Below, piece by piece: positions 28,889-44,245 of a stretch of DNA of 64,000 nucleotides. Every line of letters starts with the position of its first letter. Positions within the stretch are counted from its first letter, which is position 1. The notes beneath the pieces are model-generated. The model made no database searches and was not told the origin of the DNA. It worked only from the letters and a program-made list of their open reading frames with translations. The position numbers and the translations under genes were made by a program. Source of the stretch: the human T2T-CHM13v2.0 reference genome, Homo sapiens; NCBI RefSeq assembly GCF_009914755.1, contig NC_060925.1. One strand, 5' to 3'.

Positions 28889-30810
28889 ATGGAATCGTCA
28901 TCGAATGAATTGAATGCAATCATCGAATGGTCTCGAATGTAATCACATTCTAATGGAAAGGAATGGAATCATCGCATAGAATCGAATGGAATTAACATTG
29001 AATGGACTCGAATGGAATCAACATCAAACGGAATCAAGCGGAATTATCGAATGGAATCGAAGAGAATCATCGAATGGTCTCGAATGGAATCATCTTCTAA
29101 TGGAAAGGAATGGAATCATCGCATAGAATCGAATGGAATTAACATTGAATGGACTCGAATGGAATCAACATCAAATGGAATCAAACGGAATTATCGAATG
29201 AAATCGAAGAGAATCATTGAATGGACTCGAATGGAATCATCTAATGGAATGGAATGGAATAATCCACGGACTCGAATGCAATCATCATCGTATAGAATCG
29301 AATGGAATCATCGAATGGACTCGAATGGAATAACCATTGAACGGAATCGAGTGGAATCATCATCGGATGGAAACGAATGGAATCATCATCGAATGGAAAT
29401 GAAAGGAGTCATCATCTAATGGAATTGCATGGAATCATCATAAAATGGAATCGAATGGAATCAACATCAAATGGAACCAAATGGAATCATTGAACGGAAT
29501 TGAATGGAATCGTCTCGAATGAATTGACTGCAATCATCGAATGGTCTCGAATGGAATCATCTTCAAATGGAATGGAATGGAATCATCGCATAGAATCGAA
29601 TGGAATTATCATCGAATGGAATCGAATGGAATCAACATCAAACGGAAAAAAACGGAATTATCAAATGGAATCGAAGAGAATCATCGAATGGACCCGAATG
29701 GAATCATCTAATGGAATGGAATGGAATAATCCATGGACTCGAATGCAATCATCATCGAATGGAATCGAATGGAATCATCGAATGGACTCGAATGGAATAA
29801 TCATTGAACGGAATCGAATGGAATCATCATCGGATGGAAATGAATGGAATCATCATCGAATGGAATCGAATAGAATTATGGAATGAAATCCAGTGTGATC
29901 ATCATCGAATGGACCCGAATGGAATCATCATCCAACGGAAGCTAATGGAATCAACATCGAATGAATCAAATGGAAACACCATCGAATTGAAACGAATGGA
30001 ATTATCATGAAATTGAAATGGATGGACTCATCATCGAATGGATTCGAATGGAATCATCGAATAAAATTGATTGAAATCATCATCCAATGGAATCGAATGG
30101 TATCATTGAATGGAATCGAATGGGATCATCATCAGATGGAAATGAATGGAATCGTCATAGAATGGAATCGAATGGATTCATTGAATGGAATCAGATGGAA
30201 TCATCGAATGGACTGAAATGGAATCATCGAATGGACTCGAAAGGGATCATGATTGAATGGAATTGAATGGAATCATCGAATGGTCTCGATTGGAATCATT
30301 ATCAAATGGAATCGAATGGAATCCCCGAATAGAATCGAATGGAACAATCATCGAATGGACTCAAATGGAATTATCCTCAAATGGAATCGAATGGAATTAT
30401 CGAATGCAATCGAATGGAATTATCGAATGCAATCGAATAGAATCATCGAATGGACTCGAATGGAATCATCGAATGGAATGGAATGGAACAGTCAATGAAC
30501 TCGAATGGAATCATCATTGAATGGAATCGAATGGAATCATCGAGTGGAATCGAATGGAATTATGATCAAATGGAATCGAATGTAATCATCATCAAATGGA
30601 ATCAAAAATAACCATCATCAATTGGTATTGAATGGAATTGTCATCAAATGGAATTCAAAGGAATCATCATCAAATGGAACCGAATGGAATCCTCATTGAA
30701 TGGAAATGAAAGGGGTCATCATCTAATGGAATCGCATGGAATCATCATCAAATGGAATCGAATGGAATCATCATCAAATGGAATCTAATGGAATCATTGA
30801 ACAGAATTGA
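28889..30810 (+). repeat. Second copy of the 1922-bp variant unit
   Basis: It carries the same private variants (GTAATCACATTC, GGAATCAAGCGG, AATCCACGG, CGTATAG, ATAACCATTG, ATCGTCTCGA), offset by 3698 bp. Confidence 0.9.
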
Positions 30811-33800
30811 ATGGAATCGTCATCGAATGAATTGAATGTAATCATCGAATGGTCTCGAATGGAATCATCTTCTAATGGAAAGGAATGGAATCATCGCATA
30901 GAATCGAATGGAATTATCATCGAATGGAATCGAATGGTATCAACACCAAACGGAAAAAAACGGAATTATCGAATGGAATCGAAGAGAATCTTCGAACGGA
31001 CCCGAATGGAATCATCTAATGGAATGGAATGGAATAATCCATGGACTCGAATGCAATCATCATCGAATGGAATCGAATGGAATCATCGAATGGACTCGAA
31101 TGGAATAATCATTGAACGGAATCGAATGGAATCATCATCGGATGGAAACGAATGGAATCATGATCGAATGGAAATGAAAGGAGTCATCATCTAATGGAAT
31201 TGCATGGAATCATCATAAAATGGAATCGAATGGAATCAACATCAAATGGAATCAAATGGAATCATTGAACGGAATTGAATGGAATCGTCATCGAATGAAT
31301 TGACTGCAATCATCGAATGGTCTCGGAATCATCTTCAAATGGAATGGAATGGAATCATCGCATAGAATCGAATGGAATTATCAGCAAATGGAATCGATTG
31401 GAATCAACATCAAACGGAAAAAAACGGAATTATCAAATGGAATCGAAGAGAATCATCGAATGGACCCGAATGGAATCATCTAATGGAATGGAATGGAATA
31501 ATCCATGGACTCGAATGCAATCATCATCGAATGGAATCGAATGGAATCATCGAATGGACTCGAATGGAATAATCATCGAACGGAATCGAATGGAATCATC
31601 ATCGGATGGAAATGAATGGAATCATCATCGAATGGAATCGAATAGAATTATGGAATGAAATCCAGTGTGATCATCATCGAATGGACCCGAATGGAATCAT
31701 CATCCAACGGAAGCTAATGGAATCAACATCGAATGAATCGAATGGAAACACCATCGAATTGAAACGAATGGAATTATCATGAAATTGAAATGGATGGACT
31801 CATCATCGAATGGATTCGAATGGAATCATCGAATAAAATTGATTGAAATCATCATCGAATGGAATCGAATGGTATCATTGAATGGAATCGAATGGAATCA
31901 TCATCAGATGGAAATGAATGGAATCGTGATAGAATGGAATCGAATGGATTCATTGAATGGAATCAGATGGAATCATCGAATGGACTGGAATGGAATCATC
32001 GAATGGACTCGAAAGGGATCATGATTGAATGGAATTGAATGGAATCATCGAATGGTCTCGATTGGAATCATTATCAAATGGAATCGAATGGAATCCCCGA
32101 ATAGAATCGAATGGAACAATCATCGAATGGACTCAAATGGAATTATCCTCAAATGGAATCGAATGGAATTATCGAATGCAATCGAATGGAATTATCGAAT
32201 GCAATCGAATAGAATCATCGAATGGACTCGAATGGAATCATCGAATGGAATGGAATGGAACAGTCAATGAACGCGAATGGAATCATCATTGAATGGAATC
32301 GAATGGAATCATCGAGTGGAATCGAATGGAATTATGATCAAATGGAATCGAATGTTATCATCATCAAATGGAATCAAAAATAACCATCATCAATTGGTAT
32401 TGAATGGAATTGTCATCAAATGGAATTCAAAGGAATCATCATCAAATGGAACCGAATGAAATCCTCATTGAATGGAAATGAAAGGGGTCATCATCTAATG
32501 GAATCGCATGGAATCATCATCAAATGGAATCTAATGGAATCATTGAACAGAATTGAATGGAATCGTCATCGAATGAATTGAATGCAATCATCGAATGGTG
32601 TCGAATGGAATCATCTTCTAATGGAAAGGAATGGAATCATCGCATAGAATCGAATGGAATTATCATCGAATGGAATCGAATGGTATCAACACCAAACGGA
32701 AAAAAACGGAATTATCGAATGGAATCGAAGAGAATCTTCGAACGGACCCGAATGGAATCATCTAATGGAATGGAATGGAATAATCCATGGACTCGAATGC
32801 AATCATCATCGAATGGAATCGAATGGAATCATCGAATGGACTCGAATGGAATAATCATTGAACGGAATCGAATGGAATCATCATCGGATGGAAACGAATG
32901 GAATCATGATCGAATGGAAATGAAAGGAGTCATCATCTAATGGAATTGCATGGAATCATCATAAAATGGAATCGAATGGAATCAACATCAAATGGAATCA
33001 AATGGAATCATTGAACGGAATTGAATGGAATCGTCATTGAATGAATTGACTGCAATCATCGAATGGTCTCGGAATCATCTTCAAATGGAATGGAATGGAA
33101 TCATCGCATAGAATCGAATGGAATTATCAGCAAATGGAATCGAATGGAATCAACATCAAACGGAAAAAAACGGAATTATCGAATGGAATCGAAGAGAATC
33201 ATCGAATGGACCCGAATGGAATCATCTAATGGAATGGAATGGAATAATCCATGGACTCGAATGCAATCATCATCGAATGGAATCGAATGGAATCATCGAA
33301 TGGACTCGAATGGAATAATCATTGAACGGAATCGAATGGAATCATCATCGGATGGAAATGAATGGAATCATCATCGAATGGAATCGAATAGAATTATGGA
33401 ATGAAATCCAGTGTGATCATCATCGAATGGACCCGAATGGAATCATCATCCAACGGAAGCTAATGGAATCAACATCGAATGAATCGAATGGAAACACCAT
33501 CGAATTGAAACGAATGGAATTATCATGAAATTGAAATGGATGGACTCATCATCGAATGGATTCGAATGGAATCATCGAATAAAATTGATTGAAATCATCA
33601 TCGAATGGAATCGAATGGTATCATTGAATGGAATCGAATGGAATCATCATCAGATGGAAATGAATGGAATCGTCATAGAATGGAATCGAATGGATTCATT
33701 GAATGGAATCAGATGGAATCATCGAATGGACTGGAATGGAATCATTGAATGGACTCGAAAGGGATCATGATTGAATGGAATTGAATGGAATCATCGAATG

Positions 33801-36800
33801 GTCTCGATTGGAATCATTATCAAATGGAATCGAATGGAATCACCGAATAGAATCGAATGGAACAATCATCGAATGGACTCAAATGGAATTATCCTCAAAT
33901 GGAATCGAATGGAATTATCGAATGCAATCGAATGGAATTATCGAATGCAATCGAATAGAATCATCGAATGGACTCGAGTGGAATCATCGAATGGAATGGA
34001 ATGGAACAGTCAATGAACACGAATGGAATCATCATTGAATGGAATCGAATGGAATCATCGAGTGGAATCGAATGGAATTATGATCAAATGGAATCGAATG
34101 TAATCATCATCAAATGGAATCAAAAATAACCATCATCAATTGGTATTGAATGGAATTGTAATCAAATGGAATTCAAAGGAATCATCATCAAATGGAACCG
34201 AATGGAATCCTCATTGAATGGAAATGAATGGGGTCATCATATAATGGAATCGTATGGAATCATCATCAAATGGAATCGAATGGAATCATCATCAAATGGA
34301 ATCTAATGGAATCATTGAACAGAATTGAATGGAATCGTCATCGAATGAATTGAATGCAATCATCGAATGGTCTCGAATGGAATCATCTTCTAATGGAAAG
34401 GAATGGAATCATCGCATAGAATCGAATGGAATTATCATCGAATGGAATCGAATGGTATCAACACCAAACGGAAAAAAACGGAATTATCGAATGGAATCGA
34501 AGAGAATCTTCGAACGGACCCGAATGGAATCATCTAATGGAATGGAATGGAATAATCCATGGACTCGAATGCAATCATCATCGAATGGAATCGAATGGAA
34601 TCATCGAATGGACTCGAATGGAATAATCATTGAACGGAATCGAATGGAATCATCATCGGATGGAAACGAATGGAATCATCATCGAATGGAAATGAAAGGA
34701 GTCATCATCTAATGCAATTGCATGGAATCATCATCAAATGGAATCGAATGGAATCAACATCAAATGGAATCTAATGGAATCATTGAACAGAATTGAATGG
34801 AATCATCATCGAATGAATTGACTGCAATCATCGAATGGTCTCGAATGGAATCATCTTCAAATGGAATGGAATGGAATCATCGCATAGAATCGAATGGAAT
34901 TATCATCGAATGGAATCGAATGGAATCAACATCAAACGGAAAAAAACGGAATTATCGAATGGAATCGAAGAGAATCATCGAATGGACCCGAATGGAATCA
35001 TCTAATGGAATGGAATGGAATAATCCATGGACTCGAATGCAATCATCATCGAATGGAATCGAATGGAATCATCGAATGGACTCGAATGGAATAATCATTG
35101 AACGGAATCGAATGGAATCATCATCGGATGGAAATGAATGGAATCATCATCGAATGGAATCGAATAGAATTATGGAATGAAATCCAGTGTGATCATCATC
35201 GAATGGACCCGAATGGAATCATCATCCAACGGAAGCTAATGGAATCAACATCGAATGAATCAAATGGAAACAGCATCGAATTGAAACGAATGGAATTATC
35301 ATGAAATTGAAATGGATGGACTCATCATCGAATGGATTCGAATGGAATCATCGAATAAAATTGATTGAAATCATCATCGAATGGAATCGAATGGTATCAT
35401 TGAATGGAATCGAATGGAATCATCATCAGATGGAAATGAATGGAATCGTCATAGAATGGAATCGAATGGATTCATTGAATGGAATCAGATGGAATCATCG
35501 AATGGACTGGAATGGAATCATTGAATGGACTCGAAAGGGATCATGATTGAATGGAATTGAATGGAATCATCGAATGGTCTCGATTGGAATCATTATCAAA
35601 TGGAATCGAATGGAATCACCGAATAGAATCGAATGGAACAATCATCGAATGGACTCAAATGGAATTATCCTCAAATGGAATCGAATGGAATTATCGAATG
35701 CAATCGAATGGAATTATCGAATGCAATCGAATAGAATCATCGAATGGACTCGAACGGAATCATCGAATGGAATGGAATGGAACAGTCAATGAACTCGAAT
35801 GGAATCATCATTGAATGGAATCGAATGGAATCATCGAGTGGAATCGAATGGAATTATGATCAAATGGAATCGAATGTAATCATCATCAAATGGAATGAAA
35901 AATAACCATCATCAATTGGTATTGAATGGAATTGTCATCAAATGGAATTCAAAGGAATCATCAACAAATGGAACTGAATGGAATCCTCATTGAATGGAAA
36001 TGAAAGGGGTCATCATCTAATGGAATCGCATGGAATCATCATCAAATGGAATCGAATGGAATCATCATCAAATGGAATCTAATGGAATCATTGAACAGAA
36101 TTGAATGGAATCGTCATCGAATGAATTGAATGCAATCATCGAATGGTCTCGAATGGAATCATCTTCTAATGGAAATGAATGGAATCATCGCATAGAATCG
36201 AATGGAATTAACATTGAATGGACTCGAATGGAATCAACATCAAATGGAATCAAGCGGAATTATCGAATGGAATCGAAGAGATTCATCGAATGGACTCGAA
36301 TGGAATCATCTAATGGAATGGAATGGAATAATCCATGGACCCGAATGTAATCATCATCGTATAAAATCGAATGGAATCATCGAATGGACTCGAATGGAAT
36401 AATCATTGAACGGAATCGAATGGAATCATCATCGGATGGAAACGAATGGAATCATCATCGAATGGAAATGAAAGGAGTCATCATCTAATGGAATTGCATG
36501 GAATCATCATAAAATGGAATCGAATGGAATCAACATCAAATGGAATCAAATGGAATCATTGAACGGAATTGAATGGAGTCGTCATCGAATGAATTGAATG
36601 CAATCATCGAATGGTCTCGAATGGAATCATCTTCAAATGGAATGGAATGGAATCATCGCATAGAATCGAATGGAATTATCATCGAATGGAATCGAATGGA
36701 ATCAACCTCAAACGTAAAAAAACGGAATTATCGAATGGAATCGAAGAGAATCATCGAATGGACCCGAATGGAATCATCTAATGGAATGGAATGGAATAAT

Positions 36801-39630
36801 CCATGGACTCGAATGCAATCATCATCGAATGGAATCGAATGGAATCATCGAGTGGACTCGAATGGAATAATCATTGAACGGAATCGAATGGAATCATCAT
36901 CGGATGGAAATGAATGGAATCATCATCGAATGGAATCGAATAGAATTATGGAATGAAATCCAGTGTGATCATCATCGAATGGACCCGAATGGAATCATCA
37001 TCCAACGGAAGCTAATGGAATCAACATGGAATGAATCGAATGGAAACACCATCGAATTGAAACGAATGGAATTATCATGAAATTGAAATGGATGGACTCA
37101 TCATCGAATGGATTCGAATGGAATCATCGAATAAAATTGATTGAAATCATCATCGAATGGAATCGAATGGTATCATTGAATGGAATCGAATGGAATCATC
37201 ATCAGATGGAAATGAATGGAATCGTCATAGAATGGAATCGAATGGATTCATTGAATGGAATCAGATGGAATCATCGAATGGACTGGAATGGAATCATTGA
37301 ATGGACTCGAAAGGGATCATGATTGAATGGAATTGAATGGAATCATCGAATGGTCTCGATTGGAATCATTATCAAATGGAATCGAATGGAATCACCGAAT
37401 AGAATCGAATGGAACAATCATCGAATGGACTCAAATGGAATTATCCTCAAATGGAATCGAATGGAATTATCGAATGCAATCGAATGGAATTATCGAATGC
37501 AATCGAATAGAATCATCGAATGGACTCGAATGGAATCATCGAATGGAATGGAATGGAACAGTCAATGAACACGAATGGAATCATCATTGAATGGAATCGA
37601 ATGGAATCATCGAGTGGAATCGAATGGAATTATGATCAAATGGAATCGAATGTAATCATCATCAAATGGAATCAAAAATAACCATCATCAATTGGTATTG
37701 AATGGAATTGTCATCAAATGGAATTCAAAGGAATCATCATCAAATGGAACCGAATGGAATCCTCATTTAATGGAAATGAAAGGGGTCATCATCTAATGGA
37801 ATCGCATGGAATCATCATCAAATGGAATCTAATGGAATCATTGAACAGAATTGAATGGAATCGTCATCGAATGAATTGAATGCAATCATCGAATGGTCTC
37901 GAATGGAATCATCTTCTAATGCAAAGGAATGGAATCATCGCATAGAATCGAATGGAATTATCATCAAATGGAATCGAATGGTATCAACACCAAACGGAAA
38001 AAAACGGAATTATCGAATGGAATCGAAGAGAATCTTCGAACGGACCCGAATGGAATCATCTAATGGAATGGAATGGAATAATCCATGGACTCGAATGCAA
38101 TCATCATCGAATGGAATCGAATGGAATCATCGAATGGACTCGAATGGAATAATCATTGAACGGAATCGAATGGAATCATCATCGGATGGAAACGAATGGA
38201 ATCATCATCGAATGGAAATGAAAGGAGTCATCATCTAATGCAATTGCATGGAATCATCATCAAATGGAATCGAATGGAATCAACATCAAATGGAATCTAA
38301 TGGAATCATTGAACAGAATTGAATGGAATCGTCATCGAATGAATTGACTGCAATCATCGAATGGTCTCGAATGGAATCATCTTCAAATGGAATGGAATGG
38401 AATCATCGCATAGAATCGAATGGAATTATCATCGAATGGAATCGAATGGAATCAACATCAAACGGAAAAAAACGGAATTATCGAATGGAATCGAAGAGAA
38501 TCATCGAATGGACCCGAATGGAATCATCTAATGGAATGGAATGGAATAATCCATGGACTCGAATGCAATCATCATCGAATGGAATCGAATGGAATCATCG
38601 AATGGACTCGAATGGAATAATCATTGAACGGAATCGAATGGAATCATCATCGGATGGAAATGAATGGAATCATCATCGAATGGAATCGAATAGAATTATG
38701 GAATGAAATCCAGTGTGATCATCATCGAATGGACCCGAATGGAATCATCATCCAACGGAAGCTAATGGAATCAACATCGAATGAATCCAATGGAAACATC
38801 ATCGAATTGAAACGAATGGAATTATCATGAAATTGAAATGGATGGACTCATCATCGAATGGATTCGAATGGAATCATCGAATAAAAGTGATTGAAATCAT
38901 CATCGAATGGAATCGAATGGTATCATTGAATGGAATCGAATGGAATCATCATCAGATGGAAATGAATGGAATCGTCATAGAATGGAATCGAATGGATTCA
39001 TTGAATGGAATCAGATGGAATCATCGAATGGACTGGAATGGAATCATTGAATGGACTCGAAAGGGATCATGATTGAATGGAATTGAATGGAATCATCGAA
39101 TGGTCTCGATTGGAATCATTATCAAATGGAATCGAATGGAATCACCGAATAGAATCGAATGGAACAACCATCGAATGGACTCAAATGGAATTATCCTCAA
39201 ATGGAATCGAATGGAATTATCGAATGCAATCGAATGGAATTATCGAATGCAATCGAATAGAATCATCGAATGGACTCGAATGGAATCATCGAATGGAATG
39301 GAATGGAACAGTCAATGAACTCGAATGGAATCATCATTGAATGGAATCGAATGGAATCATCGAGTGGAATCGAATGGAATTATGATCAAATGGAATCGAA
39401 TGTAATCATCATCAAATGGAATCAAAAATAACCATCATCAATTGGTATTGAATGGAATTGTCATCAAATGGAATTCAAAGGAATCATCATCAAATGGAAC
39501 CGAATGGAATCCTCATTGAATGGAAATGAAAGGGGTCATCATCTAATGGAATCGCATGGAATCATCATCAAATGGAATCGAATGGAATCATCATCAAATG
39601 GAATCTAATGGAATCATTGAACAGAATTGA

Positions 39631-40693
39631 ATGGAATCGTCATCGAATGAATTGAATGCAATCATCGAATGGTCTCGAATGGAATCATCTTCTAATGGAA
39701 AGGAATGGAATCATCGCATAGAATCGAATGGAATTATCATCGAATGGAATCGAATGGTATCAACACCAAACGGAAAAAAACGGAATTATCGAATGGAATC
39801 GAAGAGAATCTTCGAACGGACCCGAATGGAATCATCTAATGGAATGGAATGGAATAATCCATGGACTCGAATGCAATCATCATCGAATGGAATCGAATGG
39901 AATCATCGAATGGACTCGAATGGAATAATCATTGAACGGAATCGAATGGAATCATCATCGGATGGAAACGAATGGAATCATGATCGAATGGAAATGAAAG
40001 GAGTCATCATCTAATGGAATTGCATGGAATCATCATAAAATGGAATCGAATGGAATCAACATCAAATGGAATCAAATGGAATCATTGAACGGAATTGAAT
40101 GGAATCGTCATCGAATGAATTGACTGCAATCATCGAATGGTCTCGAATGGAATCATCTTCAAATGGAATGGAATGGAATCATCGCATAGAATCGAATGGA
40201 ATTATCATCGAATGGAATCGAATGGAATCAACATCAAACGGAAAAAAACGGAATTATCGAATGGAATCGAAGAGAATCATCGAATGGACCCGAATGGAAT
40301 CATCTAATGGAATGGAATGGAATAATCCATGGACTCGAATGCAATCATCATCGAATGGAATCGAATGGAATCATCGAATGAACTCGAATGGAATCATCAT
40401 TGAATGGAATCGAATGGAATCATCGAGTGGAATCGAATGGAATTATGATCAAATGGAATTGAATGTAATCATCATCAAATGGAATCAAAAATAACCATCA
40501 TCAATTGGTATTGAATGGAATTGTCATCAAATGGAATTCAAAGGAATCATCATCAAATGGAACCGAATGGAATCCTCATTGAATGGAAATGAAAGGGGTC
40601 ATCATCTAATGGAATCGCATGGAATCATCATCAAATGGAATCGAATGGAATCATCATCAAATGGAATCTAATGGAATCATTGAACAGAATTGA
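39631..40693 (+). repeat. Truncated 1063-bp unit (713-bp deletion)
   Basis: Anchor spacing is 1063, with the same junction at ~40380. Confidence 0.9.
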
Positions 40694-43600
40694 ATGGAAT
40701 CGTCATCGAATGAATTGAATGCAATCATCGAATGGTCTCGAATGGAATCATCTTCTAATGGAAAGGAATGGAATCATCGCATAGAATCGAATGGAATTAT
40801 CATCGAATGGAATCGAATGGTATCAACACCAAACGGAAAAAAACGGAATTATCGAATGGAATCGAAGAGAATCTTCGAACGGACCCGAATGGAATCATCT
40901 AATGGAATGGAATGGAATAATCCATGGACTCGAATGCAATCATCATCGAATGGAATCGAATGGAATCATCGAATGGACTCGAATGGAATAATCATTGAAC
41001 GGAATCGAATGGAATCATCATCGGATGGAAACGAATGGAATCATCATCGAATGGAAATGAAAGGAGTCATCATCTAATGGAATTGCATGGAATCATCATA
41101 AAATGGAATCGAATGGAATCAACATCAAATGGAATCAAATGGAATCATTGAACGGAATTGAATGGAATCGTCATCGAATGAATTGACTGCAATCATCGAA
41201 TGGTCTCGAATGGAATCATCTTCAAATGGAATGGAATGGAATCATCGCATAGAATCGAATGGAATTATCATCGAATGGAATCGAATGGAATCAACATCAA
41301 ACGGAAAAAAACGGAATTATCGAATGGAATCGAAGAGAATCATCGAATGGACCCGAATGGAATCATCTAATGGAATGGAATGGAATAATCCATGGACTCG
41401 AATGCAATCATCATCGAATGGAATCGAATGGAATCATCGAATGGACTCGAATGGAATAATCATTGAACGGAAACGAATGGAATCATCATCGGATGGAAAT
41501 GAATGGAATCATCATCGAATGGAATCGAATAGAATTATGGAATGAAATCAAGTGTGATCATCATCGAATGGACCCGAATGGAATCATCATCCAACGGAAG
41601 CTAATGGAATCAACATCGAATGAATCGAATGGAAACACCATCGAATTGAAACGAATGGAATTATCATGAAATTGAAATGGATGGACTCATCATCGAATGG
41701 ATTCGAATGGAATCATCGAATAAAATTGATTGAAATCATCATCGAATGGAATCGAATGGTATCATTGAATGGAATCGAATGGAATCATCATCAGATGGAA
41801 ATGAATGGAATCGTCATAGAATGGAATCGAATGGATTCATTGAATGGAATCAGATGGAATCATCGAATGGACTGGAATGGAATCATTGAATGGACTCGAA
41901 AGGGATCATGATTGAATGGAATTGAATGGAATCATCGAATGGTCTCGATTGGAATCATTATCAAATGGAATCGAATGGAATCACCGAATAGAATCGAATG
42001 GAACAATCATCGAATGGACTCAAATGGAATTATCCTCAAATGGAATCGAATGGAATTATCGAATGCAATCGAATGGAATTATCGAATGCAATCGAATAGA
42101 ATCATCGAATGGACTCGAATGGAATCATCGAATGGAATGGAATGGAACAGTCAATGAACTCGAATGGAATCATCATTGAATGGAATCGAATGGAATCATC
42201 GAGTGGAATCGAATGGAATTATGATCAAATGGAATCGAATGTAATCATCATCAGATGGAATCAAAAATAACCATCATCAATTGGTATTGAATGGAATTGT
42301 CATCAAATGGAATTCAAAGGAATCATCATCAAATGGAACCGAATGGAATCCTCATTGAATGGAAATGAAAGGGGTCATCATCTAATGGAATCGCATGGAA
42401 TCATCATCAAATGGAATCGAATGGAATCATCATCAAATGGAATCTAATGGAATCATTGAACAGAATTGAATGGAATCTTCATCGAATGAATTGAATGCAA
42501 TCATCGAATGGCCTCGAATGGAATCATCTTCTAATGGAAAGGAATGGAATCATCGCATAGAATCGAATGGAATTATCATCGAATGGAATCGAATGGTATC
42601 AACACCAAACGGAAAAAAACGGAATTATCGAATGGAATCGAAGAGAATCTTCGAACGGACCCGAATGGAATCATCTAATGGAATGGAATGGAATAATCCA
42701 TGGACTCGAATGCAATCATCATCGAATGGAATCGAATGGAATCATCGAATGGACTCGAATGGAATAATCATTGAACGGAATCGAATGGAATCATCATCGG
42801 ATGGAAACGAATGGAATCATGATCGAATGGAAATGAAAGGAGTCATCATCTAATGGAATTGCATGGAATCATCATAAAATGGAATCGAATGGAATCAACA
42901 TCAAATGGAATCAAACGGAATCATTGAACGGAATTGAATGGAATCGTCATCGAATGAATTGACTGCAATCATCGAATGGTCTCGAATGGAATCATCTTCA
43001 AATGGAATGGAATGGAATCATCGCATAGAATCGAATGGAATTATCATCGAATGGAATCGAATGGAATCAACATCAAACGGAAAAAAACGGAATTATCGAA
43101 TGGAATCGAAGAGAATCATCGAATGGACCCGAATGGAATCATCTAATGGAATGGAATGGAATAATCCATGGACTCGAATGCAATCATCATCGAATGGAAT
43201 CGAGTGGAATCATCGAATGGACTCGAATGGAATAATCTTTGAACGGAAACGAATGGAATCATCATCGGATGGAAATGAATGGAATCATCATCGAATGGAA
43301 TCGAATAGAATTATGGAATGAAATCCAGTGTGATCATCATCGAATGGACCCGAATGGAATCATCATCCAACGGAAGCTAATGGAATCAACATCGAATGAA
43401 TCGAATGGAAACACCATCGAATTGAAACGAATGGAATTATCATGAAATTGAAATGGATGGACTCATCATCGAATGGATTCGAATGGAATCATCGAATAAA
43501 ATTGATTGAAATCATCATCGAATGGAATCGAATGGTATCATTGAATGGAATCGAATGGAATCATCATCAGATGGAAATGAATGGAATCGTCATAGAATGG

Positions 43601-44245
43601 AATCGAATGGATTCATTGAATGGAATCAGATGGAATCATCGAATGGACTGGAATGGAATCATTGAATGGACTCGAAAGGGATCATGATTGAATGGAATTG
43701 AATGGAATCATCGAATGGTCTCGATTGGAATCATTATCAAATGGAATCGAATGGAATCACCGAATAGAATCGAATGGAACAATCATCGAATGGACTCAAA
43801 TGGAATTATCCTCCAATGGAATCGAATGGAATTATCGAATGCAATCGAATGGAATTATCGAATGCAATCGAATAGAATCATCGAATGGACTCGAATGGAA
43901 TCATCGAATGGAATGGAATGGAACAGTCAATGAACTCGAATGGAATCATCATTGAATGGAATCGAATGGAATCATCGAGTGGAATCGAATGGAATTATGA
44001 TCAAATGGAATCGAATGTAATCATCATCAAATGGAATCAAAAATAACCATCATCAATTGGTATTGAATGGAATTGTAATCAAATGGAATTCAAAGGAATC
44101 ATCATCAAATGGAACCGAATGGAATCCTCATTGAATGGAAATGAAAGGGGTCATCATCTAATGGAATCACATGGAATCATCATCAAATGGAATCGAATGG
44201 AATCATCATCAAATGGAATCTAATGGAATCATTGAACAGAATTGA

